From Lama guanicoe (lineage: Eukaryota): a stretch of DNA of 64,000 nucleotides. The notes beneath the pieces are model-generated. The model did not search any database. It was given only the letters and a program-made list of their open reading frames with translations, and was not told the DNA's origin. The translations under genes were made by a program, and so were the position numbers. Shown here piece by piece: positions 50,671 through 64,000 of this stretch. Where the stretch lies: the NCBI GenBank assembly GCA_013239625.1, contig MU053493.1, forward strand, positions 124,001 to 188,000. The letters run 5' to 3'. Position 1 is the stretch's first letter. Every line of letters starts with the position of its first letter.

Positions 50671-52139
50671 ATTTGGGTCCATTTTCAAATGTGAGAAGTT
50701 ATACTATGAAAAAGGCACCTGCATCTAGAAAGCTATGAAGTTATTTATCAATAAATTAGCTACCATATTATAATATGTACCAGTTAACAATTGCTTACTT
50801 CTCAATTTTCTCTTTAAAAGTAAGGTGGTTAATGGTAAAATTTTTTAGTCAAAATTTATAAATGATACTACCAGGACTAATAAGGTAAAAAAAAATTCTG
50901 TATGCAGGAAAAGTAACACATGATTTTTTTTAAATTGAAGTGTAGTTGATTTACAACATTGTGTTAGTTTCAAGTGTACAGTAAAGTGATTCAGATATGG
51001 ATTTTTTGCTATATAAGATATATGGGAAGTGAATCTTGAAAAGGCTTCTTTTGTGATCAATGCTAAGATTGGAAGAATTATTTACAATGTTTTTAAAGCT
51101 CTGTCTTAGAATTAATAGCACCAACAAACAAAACTCGAATTTGGTTTTCTTTCTCTGCTAAAACAACAAAGATTACTTAGCTTCATAGTGTGCTCTTGAT
51201 AAGAAATTTTAAGAAAAGTTTATTCCTTAGGTTTTAAGTGTTTGCCTGGGAATCTAATGTTTATATCTTAATGTTTTCCTGTAATTCAGATTGTCTTTAT
51301 CAGATCCTTGATTACTTAAAGAAAACTGAGTTCTTGATATTAACAGAGCCAGATATTTTGCAACTATATAACTTTACATATTTTCCTTTGAAATATTTTG
51401 TCAGTTGGGTTAGATGAAATTACTGTTTCACAGTGACTGGTTATCCTATTTAGTGAAGTGTTCAACTTTTTGACATTTTGGCAGCTTCTCAAAAATAAAC
51501 TCTAAATACAGTCTTTTTGACCTCAAACTAATTTTGAGATTTTCTAGAAGGCCGCTGGAAAATCAAAGTATTTGTATCTTATAAAAGATAGATGCTAAAC
51601 TAATTTGGTTTATTTTGTATGTAAAATTACCTGGGATCCATTGTCAAATCAGAAGTGATAGGTTTGTCAACAACTTGATTTTCAGATTACCATATTAAAA
51701 TGTTTCATGCCTCAGAAATAACTAATATTCCTCATCAAATAAACTATATCAGAATTTTAACCATGGACATTTTATTTGAAACTGTGCTCTTTTTTTTAAA
51801 AAATTTTGTTTTCTGGGCTGAAGGAAATGTCCCTTAACCTATCTGTAACATACACCAATTTGGTAAGGTATCCTTTTGGGAACAAAGATGTGACAATTGA
51901 TTTTTTCACCCTACTTGATCCCTCCATAATTTGAAGGCTTATATGTATGACACTATGGTAATTTGCATAAGCAATAAAATATCTTCTAATTATAATAGGA
52001 CACAATTGGAAACATTGGTTACATTACAATGGCTTTGACTAGAATTTTATATTTGAGAGTGTTGCACATCCAATCAGATATGGCCTGAGAGCTTTAAGGA
52101 AGTTAGATGGACTTTAAGGAGCCAATACTTAAAAGTCTG

Positions 52140-54678
52140 TCTTTCAACTTTTCTATTTGGCATGGGCAGAGGACAAATGCATAGAAGGATGGGAGTAGAT
52201 TGTTGGGAGATTAACATACTGATGCAACTGCTGTACTAAATGTGGTTTTATTGATATAGGGAGTTCACATATACTCTGATACTCAGCAGTGAACTGTTGA
52301 CCTGGCAAATGCCTCCCTCACCTTAATGCCTACATGATGCATTTTCCTTACAGATGAGAAACCAGTAATGCACCTTCACTATCCTACCTCAGGGATGTAT
52401 CAACTGTCCACCCTTTGTCACAGTTTAGTTTGCAGGGATATTGATCACCTCTTTCACCCATACAATGTCACAATTTTCCATTATGTTGATGCATTACATT
52501 ATGATGTTATGCTGCTTGGCTCTAGAGAAGAGGACCAGCAACTACCCTAGACTTAGTGGTAAGGCATTTGAATGTCAGAGGGTGGAAACTGAATTCAAAT
52601 GAAAGTCAAGGAGCTTCGGCTTCAGTGCCATCTCTAGGGAGCCAAAGCTGTGGGGCATGTCAGATACACTTTTTAAGGTAAAGTGTAGATTCTGGTATCT
52701 GCATCCCTTCTTAAACCTAAAAGGCACAACACCCAGTGGGCATGTTGATTTTGGAGGCAACATATTCCTCATTTGTGTTTGTTAGCCTGCCCCATGTATC
52801 AAGTGACAAGAAGCTACTAGTCATTAGGAAAGGTGGTGGGGGGAGAAGAGAAGGCTCTGTAATGGGCCCAGTATGCTGTGCAAGGCATTCTACCACTTGG
52901 ACCACATAACCCAGCAGATGCAATGGTTCTTGAAGTTACATTGGTTGACAGGGATACTATTTGAAGCCTTTGGCAGCCCATAGGTAAATCACAGCACTTG
53001 TATTTAGAATTTTAGAGCAAGGTTCAGCTGTCAACCTCCAAATGATACACTCCTTTTGGGAAACAAATCATGCTCTGTGACTGAACCTCATCAAGACTGA
53101 ATATTAAACAATAAGCTACCAGGACATTATTTTATTGGAGTTGCCTGAGTTTTATCTGACCCAACAAGTCTTAAAGTTGGGCAGGCACAGCAGCACTCCT
53201 ATGTCAAGTGGGAGTGGTACATATATGATTCAGCCCAGACAGGCCAGCAAGTTACATGTAAGTAACAAGAAGAAATGCCCTCTCCCATCCATACCTGCAT
53301 CCCATAATGTGGAGTTCTCTTCAGCCCCTTGTCACAGGAAGAAAAGCTTCAAGCCTGGTTACTGACAGCTTTGCACCATATGGAGGTGTAATCTGAAAGT
53401 GGAGAGCTGTAGTGCTACAGTACCTACCTGGGGCTTCACTGAAGGACAGCCAGGATGGACATTGAACATCCCACCATTGAGAACTTCAGGAAGTCAGTGC
53501 ACCTGATTTTGCATATTGTTTGAAAGATAAAAAGGCCTGAAGTGTGATTATATAATGATTTGGGGCTATAGGCAATGGTTTGGCTTGATGGTCAGGGACT
53601 TTAAAGAAACATAATTGAAAAACTGGTAAAAATGAAATTTGGGTAAGAGTTATGTGGATAGACATCTCTCAATGGGGGAAAAATGATGCATGTTTCCCAT
53701 GTCAATACTTACCTAGGTTTGACCCCAGAAGTGGGAGATCTCAACAATAAAGCAGAGAGGATGACACATTCTGTGAGTATCAGTCAGCCTCTTTGCCTGC
53801 CATGCCAGTAGTTGCCCAGAGGGCTCATTAACAAAGTGGCTGTGGTGGCAGTGATGGAGGTCAAGCATGTGCTCATCAACATGAGCTTCCATTCCCCATG
53901 GCTGAGTGCCTGATCTGCCAAAAGTGGGCAGCAGCACTGGGTCGCTCATGTAGCACATTCCAGGAAGTCTTCAGACAGACCCCTGCTGCAATGTTGATTA
54001 GATTAGAATGCTTTAATCATGGAAGGGGAGTCATTTTACTCTTGTTGAAACAGACACTTACTGTGGGTCTCGATTTGCCTTGACTGCAAGCATGCTGTTG
54101 CCAAAACTACAGTGTGGACTTAAAGATGCTTTATCTGTTCTCCACAGTCTTCAATGAAGGATTGCTTCAGTTCAAGGAACTCGCTTCACAGCAAAAGAAG
54201 TTAGGCTAGGGGTGCATGCCCACTGAATCCACTATCTCACCCTGTTCACCACCATCCTGAAGCAGCTGGTTGGATACAACAGGGAAAGAGCCTTTAGAAG
54301 ACTCAGTTTCAGTTACACTCAGGAAGGTGGCAGTATATTGCAGGGCTGTGGAAAATTTCTTCAGGAGATTGTCTATGTCCTAAATCAGCTTCCAGTAATG
54401 GTGCTGTTAATAGGTCCAGGAATGAAGGGGTGGAAATGGTAGGGACTTCAGATTCTATATTACCCTTAGAAACTATTTCTTTCCTTCTCTCAAAACATTA
54501 AGCTCCACCGAAATACACTTTGTAGTTCCAGGTGAAGGAGTGTTTCTTCCAGGAGACAGAACAATGATTCTTCTGAGTGGAGGTTAAGACTGACACCTGG
54601 CCATTTTGGACTCCACACTCCTCCGTGTCAACAGGCAAAGAGGTGAGTTACTGCACTGTATGGGGTGATTCTGATTAC
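52140..54678 (+). mobile_element. ERV-L pol remnant, duplicate copy
   Basis: Homologous to 25935-28481. Confidence 0.85.
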
Positions 54679-57600
54679 TGTCACGGGACAGCCATACCTG
54701 GAGAGTATTTAATGTGGTAAAAACATGTTTAATCAGAACTATAGTAATAAAGAAAAAGAGACTGCAAAACAGAATGGGGCTCAATGAAGAACAGAAAATT
54801 AGGAAGAGGGAATTTATATTAAAGGAGCTAGTCGAGGTCACTGGATGGTGTATTACTAATAGAAAACAACAAGGACCAGGGAATTTCTTTCTTTTTTTCA
54901 AGTTATTTTTTACTTTTAACATTTTTATTGATTTATAATCATTTTAAAATTTTATGTCAAATTCCAGTGTAAAGCACAATTTTTCAGTTACACATGAACA
55001 TATATATATACATTGTCACATTTTTTTCTCTGTGAGCTACCATAAAACCTTGTATATATTTTCCTGTGCTATACAGTATAATCTTGTTTATCTATTCTAC
55101 ACTTTGAAATCCCAGTCTAACCCTTCTCTCCCCAGGCCCCCTCAGAAACCACAAGTTTGTATTCTATGTTTATGAGTCTGTTTCTGTTTTGTATTTAAGT
55201 TTTCTTTGTTTGTTTGTTTCTTTTTTTTTATATGACACATATGAGTGATCTCGTATGGTATTTTTCTTTCTGTTTCTGGCTAACATGACTCAGAATGACA
55301 TTATCCAGGACATGCATATTGCTGCAAATGGCATTATGTTGTCGGTTTTTAAGGCTGAATAGTATTCCACTATATAAATATACGACACCTTCTATATCTA
55401 ATCATTGGTCGATGGACATTTAGGCTGTTTCCATGTCTTGTCTATTCTAAATAGTGCTATTAAGAATATTGGGGTGCAGGTGTCATTTTGGAGTAGGATT
55501 CCTTCTGGATATATGCCCAGGAGTGGGATTCCTGTGTCATATAGTAAGTCTATTCCTAGTATTTTGAGGAATCTCCATACTATTTTCCACAGTGGCTGCA
55601 CCAAACTGCATTCCCACCAGCAGTGTAGGAGTGTTCCCTTTTCTCCACAGCCTCTCCAGCATTTGTCATTTGTGGATTTTTGAATGATGACCGTTCTGAC
55701 TGATGTGAGGTGATATCTCACTGTAGTTTTGATTTGCATTTCTCTGATAATTAGTGATATTGAGCATTTTTTCATGTGCCTATTGATCATTTGTATGCCT
55801 TCCTTGGAGAATTGCTTGTTTAGGTCTACTGACCATTTTTGGATAGAGTTGTTTGTTTTTTTCTTATTAAGTCATATGAGCTGCTTTTATATTCTGGAGA
55901 TCAAGCCTTTGTCAGTTTCATTTGCAAAAGTTTTCTCCCATTCCATAGGTTGTCTTTTTGTTTTACTTATGGTTTCCTTTGCTATGCAGAGGCTTGTAAG
56001 TTTCATTATGTCCCATTTGTTTATTCATGATTTTATTCCTATTGCTTGGGTAGACTGTCTTAGGAGAATATTTTTGCAATATATGTCAGATAATGTTTTT
56101 CCTCTATTTTCTTCTAGGAGTTTTAATGTATCTTGTCTTATGTTTAAGTCTTTGATCCATTTTGAGTTTATTTTTGTGTATGGTGTAAGGGAGTGTTCTA
56201 GCTTCACTGATTTACATGCTGCTGTCCAGTTTTCCCAACACCATTTGCTGAAGAGACTGTCTTTATTCCATTGTATATTCTTGCCTCCTTTGTCGAAGAT
56301 GAGTTGACCAAAATTTTGTGGGTTCATTTCTGGGCTCTCTATTCTGTTCCATTGGTCTATAGGTTTGTTTTTGTACCATTACTATGCTGTTTTAATGACT
56401 GTAGCTCCATAGTATTGTCTGAAGTCTGGGAGAGTTATTCTTCCAGCCTCTTTCTTTCTCTTCAGTAATGCTTTGATGATTCTAGGTCTTTGATGGTTCC
56501 ATATAAATTTTGTTATGACTTGTTCTAGTTCTGTGAAATAAGTCCTGGGTAATTTGATAGGGATTGCATTAAATCTGTAGATTGCCTTGGGCAGTGTGAC
56601 CATTTTAGCAGTATTGATTCTTCCAATCCAAGAGCATGGAATATCTTTCCTTTTTTTAAACTCTTCTTTAATTTTCTTCATCAGTGGTTTATAGTTTTCT
56701 GTGTTTAATTCTTTCATCTCCTTGGTTAAATTTATTCCTGTGTATTTTATTACTTTGGGTGCTATTTTAAAGGAGATTGTTTATTTTCCTTTTCTGTAGA
56801 TTAATCATTAGTGTAAAGAAATGCAATTGATTTTTGAACATTAATCTTGTAACCTGCTACCTTGCTGAACTGTTCAATCAGCTCTTGTAGTTTTTGTGTG
56901 GACCTTTTAGGGTTTTCTATATATAGTAACATGTCGCTGGCATATAGTGACACTTTTGCCTCTTCTTTTCCAATTTGGATCTCTTTTATTTCTCTATGTT
57001 GCCTGATTGCTGTGGCTAGGACTTCCAAGATGATGTTTAATAGAGTGGTGATAGTGGGAAACCTTGTCTTGTCCCAGATTTTAGTGAGAATGTTTTGAGT
57101 TTTTGACCATTGAGTACTATGCTGGCTGTAGGTTTGTCATGTATAGCTTTTATTGTGTTGAGATACGTTCCCTCTATGCTCACTTTGGTAAGAGTTTTTA
57201 TCATAAATGGGTGTTGAATTTTACGAAATGTATTTTTCTGCAACTATTGAGAAGATCATGTGGTTTTTGTCCTTTCTCTTGTTGATGTGATGTATTATAT
57301 TGATTGATTTGCACATGTTGAATCACCCTTGTGTCACTGGGATGAACCCCACTTGGTCATGTTGTATAATCTTTTTCATGTGTTGTTGGATTCTATTTGC
57401 TAATATTTGGTAAGGATTTTTGCATCTATGTTCATCACAGTTATCGGCCTATAATTCTCTTTTTTGGTAGTGTCTATGCCTGGTTTTGGTATCAGGGTGA
57501 TGGTGGCTTCATAGAATAAGTTTCGGAGTATTCCTTCATTTTAAGTCTTCTGGAGGAGTTTGAGAAGGACTGGTATGAGTTCTTCTTTGTATATTTGGTA

Positions 57601-60600
57601 AAATTCCCCAGTGAAGCTGTCCAGTCCTGGACTTTTATTTGTTGGTGGGGTTTTTTTTTTTATTGCTAATACGATTTCATTTCTAGTGATCAATTTGTTC
57701 AAGTGGTCATTTTCTTCTTGGTTCTATCTTGGTGGACTGTATGTTTCTTGAAATTTGTCCATCTCCTGTAGTTTATCCATTTGGTTCTATATAGTTTTTC
57801 ATAATATTCTCATATGATATTCTGTGTTTATATATTATTTTTGTAGTTTCTCCATTTTCCTTTCTTATTTTGCTAATTTGTGCTCTCTCTTTTTTCTTCT
57901 TTGTGAGTTTGGCCATAAGTTGTCGATTTTATTTACTTTTTCAAAAAACCAGCTTTTGGTTTTATTGATTTTTTCTATGGTTTTTTAATCTCCATTTTGT
58001 TTATTCCTCCCTGATGCTTATTATTTCCATTCTTCTGCCTTTTGGGATTTATTGCTCTCCTTTTTCTAATTCTTCTAGTTGATGGGTTAAATTGTTTATT
58101 TGAGATTGTTCTTTTTTGAAGAAGGCTTGGATTACTATAAACTTCCATCTTAGCACTGCATTTGCTGTGTCCCTTTAATTTTGTGTGGTTGTGTTTTCAT
58201 TTTCATTTGTCTCAAGGTACATTTTAATTTAACATTTGATTTCATCGTTGATACACTGGCTTTTTAATAACATGTTGTTCAATCTCCATGCTTTCCTTTT
58301 TTCCTCCTTTATGTCTCTGTAGTTGATTTTTAGTTTCATGGCATTGTGCTCAGTAAAGATGCTTCAGGTAATTTCTATCATCTTAAAATTGTTAAGGCTT
58401 CTTTTGTGCCCAAATACATGATCAATCCTACAGAATGTTCCATGTGTACTTGAAAAGAATGTATATCCTATTTTTGTGGGTTGTAATGCTCTGAAAATAT
58501 CTATGAAATCTACTTTTTCTATTGTATCATTTAATTTCTCTGTTGCCTTATTTATTTTCTGTCTGGACGATCTGTCTAGTGATGTTAATGCAATGTTAAA
58601 ATCTCTGAGTATGTTTGTATTCTCATCAATATACCCCTTTATCTCTGTTAGAAATTGTTTTATGTACTTAGGTGCTCCTATATTGGGTGCATATCGATTA
58701 ACGAGTTTAATACCCTCATCTTGTATTTCTCCTTTAGTTATTGTAAAATGTCCTTCTTTATCTTTCTTTATGGTCTTTTTTAAAAGTCTATTTTGTCTGA
58801 AATCAGTACTGCTACATCTGCTTTTTTGGCTTTTCATTTGCATGGAATATCATTTTCCTTCCTTTCACTCTCAATGTATATGTGTTCTTCTCCCGAAAGT
58901 GGGTCTCTTGTATGCAGCATATTGAAGGTTTTTGTTTTATTATCCAGTCTGCCACTCTATGTCTTTTGACTAGAGCACTTAATCCATTAACATTTACAGT
59001 AATTAATGATAGATGTGTGTTTATTGCCATTTTGAACTTATTTTTGCAGTTGATTTGGTTTTTCCTCTTTGTTCCTTTCTTCTTCCTTTTGTGGTTTGGT
59101 AATTTTCCTTTCTATTATCATGGATTTTATTTAGTTTTTATGACTCCCTTGAGAATTTTTGGCTTGTGTTTATCTTTTTTTTTAAGTGTATTAGCCCATT
59201 ACTCTATCTTGAACTCATCCTACTGATAACAAAAAATTTAAAATAGAAAGAAAAAAAGCCTTATATTTTCTTGCTTCCCTCTCCCACTCTTAATGATTTA
59301 TATGTCTTCTTTTACAGTTTCATGTTTATTTTATTTGTAATTCATGGTAGTTATCACCTTTCCAGTTATGAGTTTCTCATTTCTGTAGCATAGTGCTGTT
59401 TTTCTATTTAAAGTAGTCCTTTCAGTATTTCTTGTAGCATGGATTTAGTGTTGCTAAACTCTTTTTTTTTTTTTGCTTGTCTGTGAAATTCTTTATCTCT
59501 CCTTCTTTCCTAAAGGATAGCCTTGCTGGATAAATTATCCTAGGCTGCATCTTTTTTTCATTCAGGACATTGAATATATCTTGCCACTCCCTTCTGGCTT
59601 TAGTGTTTGTATAGAGAAATTTGCAGAGCCTTATGGGGGCTCCCTTGTAATTCACTGTTTGTTTTTCTCTTGCTGCCTTTAGGATCATTTCTTTTACCTC
59701 TACTCTGGCCATCTTGATTATGAAATGTCTTGGTGTGGGTCTGTTTGGGTTCTTCCTGTTTGAGACCCTCTGTACTTCCTGTACTTGGATATCTGATTCC
59801 TTCTTTAAGTTTGGGAAGTTTTCAGTCATGATTTCTTCAAATACCGTTTCATTCCCCTTTGATCTTTCTTCCCCTCCTGGGACCCCTATTATGCAAAGAT
59901 TTGTATGCTTTATATTATCCAATAGATCCCTTATGTTGTTTTCATGTGTTTATCTCACAGTTGTTCTGTGTGCTTTCTGTTGTCCTGTCTTCTAGATCAC
60001 TTTTTCATTCCTCTGCATTATCTATTCTGCTTTGCACAGCCTTTAGATCAGTTCTCATTTCAACCAATGATTTTACCAAGTCTACTTGGCTCCACCTTAT
60101 AAGTTCTGTTTCATTTTTGACATATTTTATATCTCTAAACACTATCTCTTTTAGTTCCTTCAGTACTTTGATCACTCCTTTTTTGAAATCTTGATCTTGT
60201 ATGCTCTCAATGTCTATTTCATTGATCGTTCTTTCATGGGATTTATCTTGTTCTTTTAATTGGGAATGGTTGCTCTGATTCTTCATCTTGCTTATATCTC
60301 TCTGGTACTGTGGCTAATGGAGTATCAGTTATCTATTGTGGTCCTTAAGCAGTTTATTTATTTATCTATTTAGTGCTTATGTAGGAATAAAACTTTAAAA
60401 AAAGAGAGAGAGAGAAAGAGGATTTTAAAAGAAGGGAGAAAAAATGTTTGAAAACAGTGTATAATTAATTATAGAAGAGGAATTTGAATGAGACTAGCAT
60501 TTGAGTTTAGATGTCTTTTTAAAAACTCTTTAAAAAAGGGAAAAGATCAAAAATGGTATTTGAAACCTATTTATAAACAATAACAGGGGATCTAAATAAA

Positions 60601-62627
60601 AAATGAAAATGAAATCAAATGGATTTTAAAAAATAGTAATAACTACTTTAAAAGAAAAAATTAAAAGGAATTAAAACTAGAAACATACACAATTATTGAG
60701 AAAGTAGAAATTAAAAAGGTAATAAAATTACAACAGATAAAAAAGATAAAATAAAGAGAGAATTTTAAAAGAAGGGAGGAAAAAAAGGTTTCCAAACAGT
60801 GTATTATTAATAATAGAAGAGCAAGTTGATGCAGAATAGCAATAAGGTTGAGACGTCTATTTAAAATCTTTAAAAAAAAGAAAAAGGAGAAAAGAGGAGA
60901 AAATATATTTGAAACCTGTGTATAATCAATAACAGGAGATCAATACCAAAAGAAATAAAAATGACATGATGTCAATTTTGTAAAATAATAGTAATAACTT
61001 TTCTTAAAAGAAAAATTTAGAAGGGATTAAAATTGGAGGGTATATAATTGTTTAAAAAGTAAAAATTAAAACAGTAATAAAAAACAGAACAGGTAAAAAC
61101 AGATTTAAAAAAATGGAGGTGGTGTTCTCCTGGAGACTGTGTGTCTTAATGAGAAGACTTTATTTCTTAACTCTCTTTCGCGAACTCTGCTTGCTGTTTC
61201 CAGATTCCCTACATTGGTGCCCTAGTCTGTGCTGCTCCTAATGCTTGTTGGCAAGTAGATCAGGCCCCCTCTCAGTACTAGGCCAGGTGCAGCTCTCCTT
61301 CCCTGTAGGTGGGTGGGTCACTGCCCCTCCCGATGCTGCAGTCAGATGTTGCAGACTGGCCACGTGTGCGGGTGAATCGCAGCCCCTCCCAGCACCCTGG
61401 TCAGGGGCTGAGTTCCTGCAGGAAATGCAGGGGCCACCCATTGTCTCCAGGCGCTGGTCGCTCCACACCGTGGCTTGCTCCGCCCCGGGTCAGCATTCCA
61501 CAGATGTGCCCTGGGAAGACCGCGGAACAGCCCCACCCCTGCTCTGTGCCCAAACTCAGCTCCTCATTTGTCCTGGTGGTGCAAACTCAGCAAGGCACCA
61601 GGGCAGAAGTATCCTATCTGCCTCGGGCTGCAAACAAGTCTCCATCTGGCCTTTGAGGCTGTGAAGCCCCCAGGCGCGGTTTCTGGTTTCACCCCTGCCC
61701 CGACCTGGGTGCCAATCGCTGGAGAATAAGGCAGCTGTGCCTGAGCCCCGCCTCTCCTCACCGAAAAGCCTTCCGCAGATTTTCAGAGATGGGTGTATGC
61801 ATCCTTCCCCTCAGGGCACATCAGCCATGCTGTTCTATGGAGGGTCCAGGTTATTCTACCCTGTGCACCTACTCATCCACATTGCACAGCACCCTGCTTT
61901 CCCCTGGGACTGCCTCAATGCAGCCATCCCAGTCTTCTGCCTGGCTCAGGCAGCCCATTCCGGCCCCCAGCTGCTGGCTTGTGTCTCAGGCTGGGTGTTG
62001 CAGGGAACCACTGTGCCCATTTAAATTAATTCTGTTGGTCAAGGTCTGCTCTGTACAGATTCGAGCCTTGGAGGCTGCCCCTCCACCCTGCTCGCTTCTC
62101 TGTTGGAGAAGGGGAGACCCAGTGAATGAGCACTAGTCCTCCTTTGCCACTCTGTCCCCATAGGACTGGTCCCGCACTGTTTTGCCTGTTCTTCTTTCTT
62201 TTCTTTTCTCCTACCAGATTTTTGGTGTCTTTGTCTTTTGAAGAGGACTGTGTTCTGTTGGAATTCTGCAGGTGCTCTGGTTGGCAGAGTGCATATGTGG
62301 ATGTGAGCCTTGGTTTATTTGTGGGAAAGGGTAAGCCTCGAGTATCCTACTACTCCACCATCTTGGCCTCCAGGAATTTCTTGGTAAACAGACATATGGG
62401 ATTTTTGCTGAAAATGAGTCAGATTTATCAGATATTACCTGCTGTGGGAAGTGGAATATGAGTAACCTAATTAGATATTGAGGGTGATCAGACCTGGAGG
62501 ATGAAGGCCTCATGCAAAACTCTCTCAGCAGAATTCTTGCTGAGGATTTTACAAGGGGGTACCCATATGGGCTTCAGAGAAGTTTCAAGGGTCTGATTAA
62601 AGTTTGGTCAACAAACTAATCCTTTCA
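54679..62627 (-). mobile_element. MER31-like LTR duplicate, split by an L1 (54679-54889 + 62373-62627)
   Basis: Homologous to 28482-28945 once the L1 is removed. Confidence 0.8.
54890..62372 (-). mobile_element. Full-length (~7.5 kb) inactive L1 with TSD
   Basis: ORF1 from 60286 (MKNQSNHSQLKEQDK), ORF2 from 59030 (MAINTHLSLITVNVNGL), frameshifted; TSD ggaatttctt at 54880 and 62373. Confidence 0.95.
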
Positions 62628-62645
62628 GGCCCATTCTTTGCAATA

Positions 62646-64000
62646 TTTTTCTTAAGACAGTGACTATTTTATTCAAATCCTTCAGATAAATGGGTAGCTT
62701 GGGTCTGTAATAAAGCATTGTGTTTTAAAGCATAAGTCAGTAATTGTATATGAGAATATACACAGCTACATACAAATTAACTGATCAGACCACAACTTTT
62801 CAATGTCGAAAACAGAATAAGCTTCCCCATAAAGCAGCACCTTTGTGATATTTTAACTTTAGTATACCTTTCCCTCTCCTTCAAGAGAATCTACACCAAC
62901 CTCATCATAATCCTTCTCAAGGTCAGCCATGACTGAGCCATGGCCTCAGAAAACTCTCCTTCTTGTATGCCCTCACTCACATACCCATGAACAAAGGCAA
63001 GCTTGGCACACATCAGGTCAGACTTCTGTTCCATGCCATCCCAGTCTTCAGCGATGGCTGTGATGTTGCTCAGCATGCACACAGCTTGCTGTACTTTGGC
63101 CAAATCTCCACCAAGTACTGTGGTGGGAGGCTGGTAATTAATGCCAACTTTGAAGCCAGTGGGGCACCGGTCCACAAACTGGATGATACACTTGGTTTGA
63201 TGGTGGCAATAGCAGTATTGACATATTTTGGAAACACGTCACCATGGTACAAGTAGCAAGCCATGTATTTACCATGGAGAGGGTCACATTTCACCATCTT
63301 GTTGGCTGGATCAATCCAAGCATTGATGACCTCTGATACAGAAAGGTGTTCATGGTAGGTTTTCTCAGCAGAGATGACAGGGGCATATGTGGCCAGAGGG
63401 AAGGGAATGTGAGGATAGGAAACCAGGTTGGTCTGGAATTCTTTCAGATCAAAATTCAGGGCTCCATCAAACCTCAGGGAAGTAATGATGGAAGATACAA
63501 CTTGACCTATCAACCTATGCAGTTTAGTGTAAGTTGGGCACTTGATATCGAGGTTTCTATGGCAGATGTCATAGATGGCCTCAATGTCTACCATGAAGGC
63601 ACAATCAGAGTGGTCCTGGGTGGTGTGGCTGGTGAGGATGGATTTGTAGTTCTCAACTACAGCTGTGGAAACCTGGGGCCTGGGTAAATGGAGAATTCCA
63701 GCTTCACCTTCTTTCCATAATTGACAGACAGACATTCCATCATCAGGGAGGTGAACCCAGAACCAGTTCCCCCACCAAAGATGTGGAAAACCTAGAAGCC
63801 CTGAAGACCTGTGCACTGGACATCCAGTTTCTGAATTTGGTCCAAAATGAGGTAAATGACTTTGTCCATGGTGTAGTGACCATGGTCATGTTTATTGGCA
63901 GCATCTTCTTTGCCTGTGATGAGCTGCTCAGGGTGGAAGTGCTGGTGGCAGGTGCCATTAAGAACTTCATCAATGAATGTGGGCTCCAGGTGTGCCAACA
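62646..64000 (-). pseudogene. TUBA1A: Processed TUBA1A pseudogene, copy 2 (runs off the window edge)
   Basis: [52 protein letters not shown]; same 3'UTR as copy 1; frameshifts. Confidence 0.93.

Larger units (their letters stand above)
50100..64000 (+). repeat. Segmental duplication, paralogous to ~23860-30334
   Basis: Collinear L1 5'UTR, ERV internal, ERV-L pol, MER31-like LTR and tubulin pseudogene with shared junctions; 10 mismatches in one 90-bp sample (24451-24540). Confidence 0.95.

Noticed and set aside
55729..56307. Hydrophobic recurring ORFs (also 5257-5769, 38873-39259) resembling membrane proteins
   Set aside because: Antisense reading of L1 ORF2
63070..63816. 248-aa ORF as a functional tubulin
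   Set aside because: Only the middle is in tubulin frame, both ends are frameshifted, and conserved residues are decayed

Overview
Mammalian, gene-free, transposon-saturated DNA. It is probably camelid, inferred from a Vic-1-like tRNA SINE and the L1 3' UTR type. I see no intact protein-coding gene: the ORF track is mostly L1, ERV and tubulin-pseudogene debris or antisense noise. Contents: several full-length but broken LINE-1s, three 5'-inverted (twin-primed) L1s with target-site duplications (TSDs), nested ERV-L/MLT2, MER31-like, MER41-like and gamma-like ERV1 remnants, two processed TUBA1A pseudogenes and a 187-N assembly gap. The main hidden structure is an old direct segmental duplication (about 23.9-30.3 kb vs 50.1-64 kb). 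A circularly permuted ERV insertion, whose right junction at 10.95 kb lies upstream of its left junctions at 28.48 and 54.68 kb, suggests a tandem array of at least 3 units. There is also a possible half-L1-like composite retroelement. Repeat family names come from motif recall, not database searches. I found no convincing novel functional system.
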